64,000 nucleotides of DNA from Escherichia phage vB_EcoS_VAH1. The notes below the pieces were generated by a model. It searched no databases and was not told the DNA's origin. It saw only the letters and a program-made list of their open reading frames with translations. Position numbers and translations under genes: made by a program. Of this stretch, positions 36,872 to 46,731 are shown piece by piece (positions within the stretch are counted from its first letter, which is position 1; each line of letters starts with the position of its first letter). The stretch is taken from the sequence record MK373792.1, one strand, 5' to 3'.

Positions 36872-37573
36872 TCAAATTTTCATTTTTTCGATCATAGCTG
36901 CAACACAATAGCTTTCAACTAAGGCATCAAATGCAGGATCATGCTTAACCGGATAGATCCCATAACGAATAGTGTCCATCTTCTCCATTTTAGCTATTGC
37001 CCAGCTAATACCTTCGGTCTCTAGAGCCTTATAACTGTATCCAGCTTGCATCCAGAGATTACGAAGAGATCGAACATTACCCAAATTCCAGAATTTCCAC
37101 GGAACTACCTCTTCATTGGTTCCAGCATGGAACGTGTTTGCAGAGTAGATAGTCATATCAAACTCTGGACCATTGCCATAATACAAAGCATTTTCGCCTA
37201 GAGCCAACTCCATAATATTTTGAGCCATAGAGAAGGCAGCATAGTTAGAGCCGAGCTTATTAGTACAGTGATGTTTACCGTCTTGAAAAGCAATCAGCTT
37301 TGGATTGCATTCCCTCATAGCTTCCATAATATGTAGAGCTGATGGACTATTTTTAGCTTGATCCATCCAGAATGCTAGAGTAGATGCCGTAACTTTAGCT
37401 CCAGAATTAAGCTGATCTTGTACATCCAAAATAACAAACACTAGACCAGGATCTTTATCAATTCCGTGCATAGCCACAAAAGCGAAAGAAGGCATTACGA
37501 TATGAGTAGTACCACAATCTCCTGGAGTTCCTAAAGATTCAATATCTAGCATACCAAATGGTTTTACTTTCAT
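36872..37573 (-). CDS. DEDDh-family 3'-5' exonuclease (DnaQ/DexA-like)
   Basis: MLDIESLG (D-x-E) near N-terminus and YPVKHDPAFDAL (H-x4-D) near C-terminus. Confidence 0.55.
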   Translation of the reverse strand: MKVKPFGMLDIESLGTPGDCGTTHIVMPSFAFVAMHGIDKDPGLVFVILDVQDQLNSGAKVTASTLAFWMDQAKNSPSALHIMEAMRECNPKLIAFQDGKHHCTNKLGSNYAAFSMAQNIMELALGENALYYGNGPEFDMTIYSANTFHAGTNEEVVPWKFWNLGNVRSLRNLWMQAGYSYKALETEGISWAIAKMEKMDTIRYGIYPVKHDPAFDALVESYCVAAMIEKMKI

Positions 37574-37601
37574 AACTTATCCTTTATTGCGTAGAAAACT
37601 A

Positions 37602-37838
37602 TTAAAGAGCTGTCTCTTTAATAGACTCCCACTTCTTGGGGTCTTTAAAACCAGGAAGCATATCCTCACTGACATCCCAGTTCTCTTCCATAGAGAAGTC
37701 AGGCCATTCATTCCAGCTACCTTCCAATTCTTCATAACAGGTATCCATTACCTCATGACTAGAAAGTCGTGTATAATCTCTAGCGGACTTATGAGTGCTA
37801 GCACGGTTAAAATCATTCTTTGCTACAAAATTACGCAT
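37602..37838 (-). CDS. small acidic Trp-rich protein
   Basis: 78-aa ORF. Confidence 0.35.
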   Translation of the reverse strand: MRNFVAKNDFNRASTHKSARDYTRLSSHEVMDTCYEELEGSWNEWPDFSMEENWDVSEDMLPGFKDPKKWESIKETAL

Positions 37839-37879
37839 AGTTTCTCCAAACTAAGAGGGGCTTTCGCCCCTCTTATCTA

Positions 37880-38395
37880 TTACTTCGCTTTACATTTACG
37901 AGCTGGTTTAGCAGATTTATGAGCAGAATCGCCCGTGAATTTAATCCCTACACCGTAGCACAGAGCACGAACGTTATCTTTGCTATACTCTACACCGAAG
38001 ATATTTGGCTTAACAGAACCAAACTGTCCACGAGCATCACGCAGTACATCTGCCGTTGGTTTACGCTTCTGGTTAACTGCTTTCTCATAATCTTTCATGG
38101 CCATGCCATTACGAGAGAACAATTCAGCTCCAGCATTGAAACTCAGTGTTACTGGAACAGATTTGTGACCATAACCCTGTACATAGGTCACAAGGCGGGC
38201 TACAGAACGAGTAGCATTCTTAGCCTTCGGCTTTTGACGAATCGGAGCCGGACGATTCAGTGCCTGTGCAGCTTGAGCATCAGTAGGATGCTTGCGCAGG
38301 TGGCGTTCCAGACGAGCTTTGCGGTTAGCCTCAGTCTGCGGGAAAGTTTTAACTGTAGTAGCTGCTTGAGTTTTTGCGTTTTTCTGCTTAGCCAT
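37880..38395 (-). CDS. basic protein, possible nucleic-acid binding
   Basis: Lys/Arg/Ala-rich N-half. Confidence 0.4.
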   Translation of the reverse strand: MAKQKNAKTQAATTVKTFPQTEANRKARLERHLRKHPTDAQAAQALNRPAPIRQKPKAKNATRSVARLVTYVQGYGHKSVPVTLSFNAGAELFSRNGMAMKDYEKAVNQKRKPTADVLRDARGQFGSVKPNIFGVEYSKDNVRALCYGVGIKFTGDSAHKSAKPARKCKAK

Positions 38396-38478
38396 TATTT
38401 GTTTTCCTTTTTGTTTATCAATTTATGAAGTATATTATACGAGAATTTGAAGCGTTTAGCAAATGAATTTTTTAAAAA

Positions 38479-38757
38479 TTATCTGCCGACCATCTTAGCT
38501 TGTTCTTCATCAGAAACGTATTGATATGCACCCTTGTTATACGCCGGAGCAGTGCACATCTTCTTACGCTCAATCTCTTCTTGAGCTTTTCTTTCGCGTT
38601 CAGCTAATTCTTCGTCCAGATAAACTAAACGTTGTTCTGGAGGGGGTGGAAGACGTGTTTCTGGCTCACCAATATTAGCCTTTCTTATTTGACGGGGTGA
38701 TTGTGCACGTTTTCTCAACGGTTTAAATCCTAATGAATTTGAGTTATAAATTCGCAT
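38479..38757 (-). CDS. hypothetical protein
   Basis: 92-aa ORF. Confidence 0.35.
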   Translation of the reverse strand: MRIYNSNSLGFKPLRKRAQSPRQIRKANIGEPETRLPPPPEQRLVYLDEELAERERKAQEEIERKKMCTAPAYNKGAYQYVSDEEQAKMVGR

Positions 38758-38833
38758 AAAGCCCTCCTCACTTTCAATACGAATATTATACTAAATTAGG
38801 GGGCTTTAAGCAAGAAGATTTTTAATTTATTTA

Positions 38834-39322
38834 TTACATCTCAGCCATTTCAGCTTCAGTAATAACTGTGTTACACAATGCATCTACAGCTTCATTACCA
38901 CTAATACCAGAATGTCCTTTAACCTTAATAAAGGTAGGATTAGTATTGTGAAAGTTGATATACTGCTGTGTTAATTTAAATGCTTCCTGCCAAAGTTCTA
39001 GATTAAGAGGGACTTCACCATCTGCTTTCTTCCAGCCTTTCCTTTGCCAAGAAAACATCCAACTTTCCATACCATTTTTGCAATAAGCAGAGTCAGTATA
39101 GATAGCAATTGGTCTATTATCTTTTTTAACAGACCAACGTAGGGCTTCTACGATAGCTGTGAGTTCCATCTCATTATTTGTAGTTTTAGGATTATAACCA
39201 GATTTAGAACCTAAACGATCGTCGTTATCATCATAGACAATAAAACCCCAAGCACCTGGACCTGGATTAGACTTACAAGCACCATCTGTGTAAATGTGGA
39301 AAACCGACATTATACCTCCCAA
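38834..39322 (-). CDS. ribonuclease H
   Basis: IYTDGAC..NPGPGAWG, TNNEMELTA, YTDSAY, VKGHSGISGNEAVDALC. Confidence 0.8.
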   Translation of the reverse strand: MGGIMSVFHIYTDGACKSNPGPGAWGFIVYDDNDDRLGSKSGYNPKTTNNEMELTAIVEALRWSVKKDNRPIAIYTDSAYCKNGMESWMFSWQRKGWKKADGEVPLNLELWQEAFKLTQQYINFHNTNPTFIKVKGHSGISGNEAVDALCNTVITEAEMAEM

Positions 39323-39591
39323 CTAATTTTAAGACCCATGTCTACAAAGGCGGCTTCTCGGTAGTATTGTGAGAGATGATACCCCTTATCCGATAAGGTT
39401 TTTAGTACCGATTTAGCTGCTCCTGGCATTTCTCTAGGATTATATAGCCACCTAGCGTAAGGATTATCTCGAATAATTACTTCTGTATTTCCAGACTTAG
39501 CAGCTTCTACAATCTTTTCTTCTATAAACTTTAGAAATGCGGGTACTTCTGTTAATCCTGCAAGTTCTTGGGCTTCTTTGGCTGAAATCAT
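39310..39591 (-). CDS. hypothetical protein
   Basis: 93-aa ORF. Confidence 0.4.
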   Translation of the reverse strand: MISAKEAQELAGLTEVPAFLKFIEEKIVEAAKSGNTEVIIRDNPYARWLYNPREMPGAAKSVLKTLSDKGYHLSQYYREAAFVDMGLKISWEV

Positions 39592-39684
39592 TGTATACCT
39601 CCAATTTATAAAATATATTATAGTTAAATTTCACTAAATAAGCAAATGAAATTTAAATATAATAGCCCCGAAGGGCTATTTAAG

Positions 39685-40524
39685 TTAAGAGGACATTTTA
39701 GCTTTAAGAGCCGGATGCGGATCATATCCTTCAAGCTGGAAGGACCAAGCTGCCGTATTATTTTCTAATAAATCGTAAAGATCTACAAACTCTGGCATTA
39801 CTAGAGTTGGTAAAGAGCGAGGTTTACGTTTTACCTGTTCTTCTACCTGTTCCATATGGTCATTATAGATATGAGTGTCACCACCACTAAAGATAAGATA
39901 GCGAGGTTTTAATCCTGTCAGTTTTGCTAATATATGCGTTAATAAAGCATAACTAGCGATATTGAAAGGTAAACCGAGGAAACAATCTACAGAACGTTGT
40001 GTCCATTTAAGATCTAGGTATCCATCGTTACTTACATAGCACTGGAAGCCGTAGTGACAGGGTGGTAATGCCATCTTATCCAGTTCAGCAACGTTCCATG
40101 CAGATACTAGATGTCTGCGGCCATGGGGGTTATTCTTGAGTCCTTCAATAAGTTCTAGAATCTGATCTCGTCCACCAAAGTTACGCCACTGTTTACCATA
40201 TACTGGTCCTAGATTACCCTTATCATACCCCATACTTATAGCTTGGTCTTCATAATTTGGAGTCCAGATGGTCCACTGTCCTTCGTCACGACCAAATGTG
40301 AATACACGTAGATCATGAAGATTTGTGGAACCAGACAAGAACCATAAAAGTTCTCCTACTACTGATTTCCAGGCTAGGCGTTTAGTAGTTACAGCCGGGA
40401 ACCCTTCACGTAGATCGAATTTAGCATAGGAATCAAAAATTGAAACTGTGCCTGTTCCTGTACGGTCATTACGGGGTTCACCTAGTAAAATTACATCTGT
40501 CAAAATTTTTAAGTATTGTTGCAT
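39685..40524 (-). CDS. thyA: thymidylate synthase
   Basis: NDRTGTGT, LGPVYGKQWR, SAWNVAELDKMALPPCH, FLGLPFNIASYALL, GGDTHIY, EGYDPHP. Confidence 0.92.
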   Translation of the reverse strand: MQQYLKILTDVILLGEPRNDRTGTGTVSIFDSYAKFDLREGFPAVTTKRLAWKSVVGELLWFLSGSTNLHDLRVFTFGRDEGQWTIWTPNYEDQAISMGYDKGNLGPVYGKQWRNFGGRDQILELIEGLKNNPHGRRHLVSAWNVAELDKMALPPCHYGFQCYVSNDGYLDLKWTQRSVDCFLGLPFNIASYALLTHILAKLTGLKPRYLIFSGGDTHIYNDHMEQVEEQVKRKPRSLPTLVMPEFVDLYDLLENNTAAWSFQLEGYDPHPALKAKMSS

Positions 40525-41057
40525 TAATAAGTAACCAATTCCTGTACAAATCGCAGGCTGTTATCACTGTTTGCGCCAACTGCATAGACTAATCGAGTGG
40601 ATTCATAGTTATAATCCAGTATTATACTATCTAGGTGTATATCTGCCTCTAGCTTCTGTTCGCTAAAGATTGTAGATACAAAAGCACTTTCTATATGCCC
40701 ATGTTGGTACATTTCTAGAAGAAGATTAGCTCCGCCTAGAACTACTGTTTGCTGATCTTTTAGAAAGGTAGGTAATGTATCACCTATCATTGATATGGGA
40801 GTGTAAATATCATGTGTAATATCGTCTGGTAGTGGACGATCAGCACGAATAAATAGGTCAGAAGCTCCAATCATACGTTCCCTAACGGCATATGGAAGAG
40901 CTAAATAAGTACCTGCCCCAATAATAATATTATCAGGATTTAGTACATCTAATTGTGAATAAAAAGCATCTAGTTCTTCTTTAAAAGAACCCCAGGGAAG
41001 CTTACCTCGGAGGCCGAACTCCCCATTCGGCCCAACTGCATACATTGCTGTAATCAT
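40524..41057 (-). CDS. frd: dihydrofolate reductase
   Basis: FGLRGKLPW N-terminal motif, ~177 aa, directly upstream of thyA. Confidence 0.8.
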   Translation of the reverse strand: MITAMYAVGPNGEFGLRGKLPWGSFKEELDAFYSQLDVLNPDNIIIGAGTYLALPYAVRERMIGASDLFIRADRPLPDDITHDIYTPISMIGDTLPTFLKDQQTVVLGGANLLLEMYQHGHIESAFVSTIFSEQKLEADIHLDSIILDYNYESTRLVYAVGANSDNSLRFVQELVTY

Positions 41058-42199
41058 AGGAAATCTCCAAATTCATTGCCCAGATCTTTTAGAGTATCAG
41101 TAGAGGTCTCAGTTACCTGACCTACACGGTAGGCTGCACCAATCTGGATTTCTTGTGGAGCAGGCTGTAGAGAGGTAGTATCCAACCAGTTCATGATCCA
41201 CGGAATAGGGTTTTTAGTGATTACTGGTAAGTGACTAGGCCATTCTACGCCAATGTGCATAAACGCGTTGCGTCCCACAAAGTACAAGTATTCTTCTAGA
41301 AGTTCTGCATTCAAACCAATCAGACTACGACCTTTGAAGATGAAATGACCCCATTCAATTTCAGTTTTCAGAGTTTTCAGGAGCTGTGCTGGTGCTTTAG
41401 CCACTGCTTCATCTACCAGATCTTTGTCAAACTGCTGGAACATAATCTGGATGATTGTTTTAGACATCTGAGTATGTAGGGCTTCATCTTTAGCAATCAA
41501 TTGCAGATTTTTAGCAATACCTTGCAGAATATCGTTCTCTGCTAACGCAAAGGTACATGCAAAGGATGCGTAGAACTGCATTGCTTCCAGACCGTAGATT
41601 GCAAAATAAGCGTCTAATAACTTAGCCTGAGTTTCACGTTTAACTTCAGGAAACTCTGTTTCTGGGTAAGTATTATCACCACGATGATCGCGTACTGCGA
41701 TGAAATACTGACCTAACTGGTACAATTCATCGAACAGTTCAACAGAATCAGCGATACGTGCGAATGCTTCTTGGTTTTTAGTTACAGAATCAATAAATTC
41801 TGCCGGATCAGTCAGCACATTACGGATAATATTGCTATACGCACGACTATGCAGGTCTTCAAAATAGCTCCACTGCTTGAGCATACCTTCCAATTCTGGA
41901 CGACTTACAAGCGGCATAATAGCTGCTTCCGGGGCACGACTGATAAAGGAATCAGTTTGAGTCTGCCATGCTAAGTTCAGGAGTGTAATTTCCTGAATTT
42001 CACGTGGGAGATTAGGCCATTGTTTCTTATCTGCTTCCAGACTGATTTCAGTTTCAGTCCAAAATTGAGAGCGTTGCAGAAGTGCCAGACGTTCTAGTTC
42101 TGGATGTGCTACACGTACATAATCTGCGATACCGAGAGAATCTCCCAGGAAAAGGTCAGCGTTAGTATGATCCCAATTCAGGTTTAGTAAAGTAGTCAT
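41054..42199 (-). CDS. nrdB: ribonucleotide reductase class Ia small subunit
   Basis: Colinear with E. coli NrdB incl. RDEALH iron-ligand motif, SNPIPW, C-terminal tail. Confidence 0.9.
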   Translation of the reverse strand: MTTLLNLNWDHTNADLFLGDSLGIADYVRVAHPELERLALLQRSQFWTETEISLEADKKQWPNLPREIQEITLLNLAWQTQTDSFISRAPEAAIMPLVSRPELEGMLKQWSYFEDLHSRAYSNIIRNVLTDPAEFIDSVTKNQEAFARIADSVELFDELYQLGQYFIAVRDHRGDNTYPETEFPEVKRETQAKLLDAYFAIYGLEAMQFYASFACTFALAENDILQGIAKNLQLIAKDEALHTQMSKTIIQIMFQQFDKDLVDEAVAKAPAQLLKTLKTEIEWGHFIFKGRSLIGLNAELLEEYLYFVGRNAFMHIGVEWPSHLPVITKNPIPWIMNWLDTTSLQPAPQEIQIGAAYRVGQVTETSTDTLKDLGNEFGDFL

Positions 42200-42305
42200 T
42201 GATTTTCCTCTTTCTCACTATTTCAGGAATATTATAGCAAATCTGGTAGCGATTAGCAAGTAAAATTTCAAAGAAAAAGGAGACCCGAAGATCTCCTTGT
42301 TTTTA

Positions 42306-44636
42306 TTAAATAGTACAACCACCGGATGCACAACCGGCTGCTTCTTCTCCAGCACCTCCACCATTTGCGGTATTGAAGTTAGCATAATACCAAGTTTTCC
42401 ACCCATACTTAACAGCAGTCATGAAATCACGAACTACTACTGGGCCAGGAATTATTTCATTCTCAAACTTGGTGTAGTCATAGTACATATTCGTACTGAT
42501 AGACTGACTGAAGAATTTCTGCATAGTTGCTACCCACTTGATCCACTCGATACGATCTACATCATAAGCCAGTTTATAGCTCATTAACGTTTCCCAATCG
42601 GTTGCACCCGGAGCAATTGCAATTACTTTATTAACTGCACTACCCTTGATAGATACAATCTTACGAGGTGGTTCGATAGAGTTAGTAACGCCTAGCAGAA
42701 CAGAAGAGCTTTCTCCTGGCATCTGAGCAGTCAGAACAGAGTTCCGCATACCATATTTCAGAATATCTGCACGCAGAGACTCCCAATCCATTTCTAGACC
42801 TACGGATACCAGTTCATCAACAGTTTTCTTGTACGTGTCGATTACCAGAATTCCTTTAGATGGTTTAGTACGATCAAACCACTCACATGCACCCTGTTCT
42901 CTAGCTAGGCGTACAGAGGCTTTATGCAGGAAGTAGGACAGTTTTTCAGCCTCACGGTGAATCCAGTTACGGGCTTCAATACCTTCGTAAGCCAGACCTT
43001 CTGCTGCCATTGCACCTGCTGCGTTCATTAGGCCAATACCAACATTACGACGTTTCTTAGCTGTGTATTCCATAGTTGGGAACGGATAATCCTGAATTTC
43101 AATGATGGTATCAACGAATTTCAGAAGAATATAGCAAGTCTTTTCCCACTCAGCTAGAGATTCCATGCGTCCAAGTACAACACCACCTAAGTTACACAGA
43201 GATACTTCACCAATATCCTCCGGCTTCATTTGATCAAGCTGCTCTTTTGTCTTATACAGCTCTGTGATATGATGGAACGGGCGTGTAGGCTGAGTAATTT
43301 CAACACAAAGGTTTGTCATACGGATCGGATCAAGGAAATTACCATGACGATTAGATTCCCCAATGTGATGAGCATACATACGTCCTGTTTCCATTCGGAT
43401 ACGTAGCCAAGTATCTAGGATTTCTTTTGCAGAGACTTTAGGAGCTGCTGGAACTGTTTTTCCTTCGTGGTCGATCTTTGTAAGAGATGCCACACGTTTC
43501 TCCGCTGCCACATAGATTTCTTCAAATTTAGCCTCGTCATCACTATAAAACGCTTCATGAACTTCTGGAGCATAGAAGTATGACATTAGCGTAATATCTT
43601 CATTTTTCAGATAACGTTTTAACAAAAGATTGTTGAAGCTCAGAGAATAATCCATCTTATCGATTTTATTCTCATCTGTAGCACGTTGTTGCTTAACCTG
43701 CATCAATTGAATGATTTCAGGGTCAAAGTATGGATAAGACACTGTAGCAGAACCACCACGAGTTTGCTGAGTATTGGCCTTTACTGAGCGGTCAATGTGT
43801 CGATAATATGGCAGTTTTCCGGAATGCGGGAATGCCCCATTTCGCACCGGATCAGCAATTGATCTGCTTTCAAGATGATACCCGATTCCCGCTCTGGCTG
43901 CGACCATTTTGAAGACGATGTGCTCGGCGGTGTCGATTGAATCCAACGTGTCAGTGGAATCCACGAGGCAGCAACTAGCAAATCCACGGTCACTAGAGCG
44001 CAGGCCAACCAGTGGCGGCGTAGGAACGTTGATTTTGTGGAGTGACATTGCGTTGTAGAGGTCGATTGCATCTAGAATTGTCCAGTTAGGTTGAGATAGC
44101 ATCGCCATTGCCATACCCATGTAGGCAAACTGCGGAGTTTCATAAATTTCACCAGTGGCTATGTTACGCCGGGAATACTTATCAAAGAACTGCTTCAGTC
44201 CACCACTAGTAAAAAGACGGTCACGATCATGGTCGATAACCTGATTCAGAGCTTCAAATTGCTCATCGGTAATCCATGCACTCATGTCTTCCCATGCACC
44301 TACGCTAACCATATGGTCGTGGAAGAAGCGCAGAGAAGGCGGTTCGAAAGAGTCATAAAGGCGTTTACGCATTTGCGCAAGACGTAATTCCTTTGCTGGC
44401 ACATCGTATGCTGGGTTATCTTTGATAAGACTTTCAGCAGCTTTAATTAATGCGTCCATCAGAGTGTCGGAATCTACAACCCCTTTAGGTAGAGTTTTTT
44501 GAGCAGCCATAGTAATGGCTGACCAACTTACATCAACTGTTTTGCAACCATACTCTGCCCAACCATTGAGTTTTTCAGGAGCAAAGTCTTCTACAGTACC
44601 GTCACGTTTAATTACTTTTTCAATGCGATGGCTCAT
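42306..44636 (-). CDS. nrdA: ribonucleotide reductase class Ia large subunit (start trimmed to MSHRIEKV; track ORF extends to 44741)
   Basis: ATP-cone N-terminus; FEPPSLRFF, SSCCLVD, NLCVEI, C-terminal Cys pair; colinear with E. coli NrdA. Confidence 0.9.
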   Translation of the reverse strand: MSHRIEKVIKRDGTVEDFAPEKLNGWAEYGCKTVDVSWSAITMAAQKTLPKGVVDSDTLMDALIKAAESLIKDNPAYDVPAKELRLAQMRKRLYDSFEPPSLRFFHDHMVSVGAWEDMSAWITDEQFEALNQVIDHDRDRLFTSGGLKQFFDKYSRRNIATGEIYETPQFAYMGMAMAMLSQPNWTILDAIDLYNAMSLHKINVPTPPLVGLRSSDRGFASCCLVDSTDTLDSIDTAEHIVFKMVAARAGIGYHLESRSIADPVRNGAFPHSGKLPYYRHIDRSVKANTQQTRGGSATVSYPYFDPEIIQLMQVKQQRATDENKIDKMDYSLSFNNLLLKRYLKNEDITLMSYFYAPEVHEAFYSDDEAKFEEIYVAAEKRVASLTKIDHEGKTVPAAPKVSAKEILDTWLRIRMETGRMYAHHIGESNRHGNFLDPIRMTNLCVEITQPTRPFHHITELYKTKEQLDQMKPEDIGEVSLCNLGGVVLGRMESLAEWEKTCYILLKFVDTIIEIQDYPFPTMEYTAKKRRNVGIGLMNAAGAMAAEGLAYEGIEARNWIHREAEKLSYFLHKASVRLAREQGACEWFDRTKPSKGILVIDTYKKTVDELVSVGLEMDWESLRADILKYGMRNSVLTAQMPGESSSVLLGVTNSIEPPRKIVSIKGSAVNKVIAIAPGATDWETLMSYKLAYDVDRIEWIKWVATMQKFFSQSISTNMYYDYTKFENEIIPGPVVVRDFMTAVKYGWKTWYYANFNTANGGGAGEEAAGCASGGCTI

Positions 44637-44780
44637 TTGGCTTTCCTTTTTATAGTTATCAGGATTTAAGGAATATTCTACTTTATTATTGGTCATTAGG
44701 CAAATAAAATTTTCTGATAGAAAAGGCCCGAGTATTTTCATACCCAGGCCCTGTATATTACCAGTCTAGTTTTTGGCCAC

Positions 44781-44978
44781 TTAAGTTCTCAGCAGAATAT
44801 CTATTGAGGTACTTAGTTCATTATAATTGAAGGGCCGATTTGGATTTGAGGTTACAATTTTCCACGCTAGGGTAGTCTTAGGACTTTCTTCCCCTTCCTT
44901 ACGTGTAATCATATTAGCAGCACTCAGTGAAGTACGATGTATTTTAGTTTTACGGTGTAGATGTACGACGTTTCCCAT
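44781..44978 (-). CDS. small basic protein (start trimmed to MGNVVHL)
   Basis: GGAAGG RBS then ATG just after phoH stop. Confidence 0.3.
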   Translation of the reverse strand: MGNVVHLHRKTKIHRTSLSAANMITRKEGEESPKTTLAWKIVTSNPNRPFNYNELSTSIDILLRT

Positions 44979-44979
44979 A

Positions 44980-45741
44980 TTACACCTTCCCCATGTCTTT
45001 AAAAATATCGTAGAATGCTTTAGACTCAGCAGAACGAACGTTATCAATCAATTCGATCATTGAGAATGGAGCATTTTCATATTTCTCATAAACTTCCATA
45101 AGAAGTGCTAGACCTGAGTCACCTTTAATGTCTTTCTGAGCTATATCTCCGCAGATAATTAAACGGCAGTCTTGTCCTACACGAGTTAGGAGACAAACCA
45201 TTGCCTCAACGGAAATATTCTGAGCTTCATCGACAATTACATAGGAGTTGTTGAAAGTTCTGCCACGAGCATGTTCTATAGCCAAAAATTTAATTTTCTG
45301 ACGTTCGACATATCCCTTATATGCATGATCACCGATGGCCCATTTCATACCATCAGCTATTGGCTCTAACCAAGGCTCTAGCTTTTCTGCTAGATCACCA
45401 GGAAGCATACCAAGAGACTTACCTAGAGGTTCATTAGGACGTACGAGAATTACTTGCTCAATATCTGAGTGAATGTCTACGAGTTCCTGAGCTGCAAGAA
45501 CAGACGGGATAAAGGTTTTACCAGTACCTGGCTCTCCGATACCCACAGTCACTGTGTTGTTCTTGATCATATTGATATATGATTTTTGCTCGCGGTTTTT
45601 ACCTACTAGGGATTTAGCAACTGGATTAGCGTAATCATTAGAAAAATCAGCCTGAATTACGTTATTCTCATATTTGTTGCCACGCTTTCTTGAACCATTG
45701 CGGTTCTCTCTTTTTTGACGTGCTTTTCCCATAAATAACAC
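44980..45741 (-). CDS. phoH: PhoH-like ATPase
   Basis: Walker A GEPGTGKTF, Walker B VIVDEAQN, typical PhoH core. Confidence 0.85.
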   Translation of the reverse strand: MLFMGKARQKRENRNGSRKRGNKYENNVIQADFSNDYANPVAKSLVGKNREQKSYINMIKNNTVTVGIGEPGTGKTFIPSVLAAQELVDIHSDIEQVILVRPNEPLGKSLGMLPGDLAEKLEPWLEPIADGMKWAIGDHAYKGYVERQKIKFLAIEHARGRTFNNSYVIVDEAQNISVEAMVCLLTRVGQDCRLIICGDIAQKDIKGDSGLALLMEVYEKYENAPFSMIELIDNVRSAESKAFYDIFKDMGKV

Positions 45742-45945
45742 TCCTATAGTGTACTTCGCTTCTAACAGAGGATCAACAAAGAGATCTTGTTTATCAACTT
45801 ACAAATATATTATAACAAGGTTTACAGCAAAAAGCAAGTATAATTTTAAATAAACCTATGATATTGCTTTTAAGTAAAAAATTTACTTGCTTATAAAGGT
45901 AGAAATATGATACTAGATAATCATTTATTTATATGTAAAAATACT

Positions 45946-45959
45946 ATGCTGTATAGCAT
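45946..45959. promoter_or_regulatory. perfect 14-bp palindrome ATGCTGTATAGCAT in the divergent control region
   Basis: Self-complementary; lies between leftward and rightward promoters. Confidence 0.4.
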
Positions 45960-46009
45960 CAATAAAAATTGATAAAAATCAAAAGTCAAATAGTATTAGA
46001 AAAATGTAG

Positions 46010-46038
46010 TTGACGTATGGGGTGGAATTATGTATAAT
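46010..46038 (+). promoter_or_regulatory. sigma70 promoter for the rightward gene block
   Basis: TTGACG - 17 nt - TATAAT; GGGAG RBS before ATG at 46060. Confidence 0.55.
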
Positions 46039-46059
46039 ATGTGAATTAGGGAGAATTTA

Positions 46060-46731
46060 ATGGTAAGAAAGAAAATAACTACAGAAGATGTGAACTTAGC
46101 ACTTGCTCCCAGAGGAATAATTATGCTAAGCACGTATATATCAGCTAAATCCAATGCTATATTTAAGTGCTCTAATGGGCATAGTTGGGAGGCTAGAGTA
46201 GATAATGTAAAAGGTGGGAGAGGTTGCCCTTATTGTGCTAGTCGTACTTTAGATCTTAAAGAGGTAAATGAATCCTTAGCTGCTCGTGGAATAAAGATGG
46301 AAGGTAAATACATCAATTCTAAGAGTAAAATTATGTTCAGCTGTGAGAATAATCATAGGTGGGAGTCTACACTTGATAGTGTTAGAAACCATAGTTCTGG
46401 TTGTCCTATATGTTTATTAGAGAAGGATAATTATCCTACTAACGTATATATTTTAATAAGTAATGTGGGAACCAAAATAGGAGTGTCTAGCAGAACTAAA
46501 GATAGACTCAGAGATATTAAAACTTCTTCTAACATACATGATTTAAAAATATTTAAGGAATATAGCTTTTCAGATAGATCAAAAGCTATACGTATTGAAA
46601 GAGAGGTCCATTTACAGTTTAAGGAATATAATTGTCAGTACAAAGATTTTGATGGTGCTACAGAATTTTTTAATATTGAGCCAGAAGTAGTAGCAAGGTT
46701 TATTGAGGAAATAATTAATGACAGAGAATGA
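46060..46731 (+). CDS. zinc-ribbon repeat + T5orf172 (GIY-YIG-like) protein
   Basis: CSNGHSWE...GCPYCA and CENNHRWE...GCPIC ribbons; C-terminus matches 888..1268 and 14690..15301. Confidence 0.6.
   Translation: MVRKKITTEDVNLALAPRGIIMLSTYISAKSNAIFKCSNGHSWEARVDNVKGGRGCPYCASRTLDLKEVNESLAARGIKMEGKYINSKSKIMFSCENNHRWESTLDSVRNHSSGCPICLLEKDNYPTNVYILISNVGTKIGVSSRTKDRLRDIKTSSNIHDLKIFKEYSFSDRSKAIRIEREVHLQFKEYNCQYKDFDGATEFFNIEPEVVARFIEEIINDRE

Noticed and set aside
42218-42406. 62-aa minus-strand ORF overlapping the 3' end of nrdA
   Set aside because: It overlaps the NrdA C-terminus in another frame with no RBS or promoter context.
42306-44741. First reading of the 811-aa ORF as the anaerobic reductase NrdD
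   Set aside because: It is colinear with class Ia NrdA (ATP cone, FEPP, SSCCLVD, C-terminal Cys pair); the real NrdD is 46718..48544 with RVCGY. The first ~35 codons are probably upstream read-through from an alternative start.
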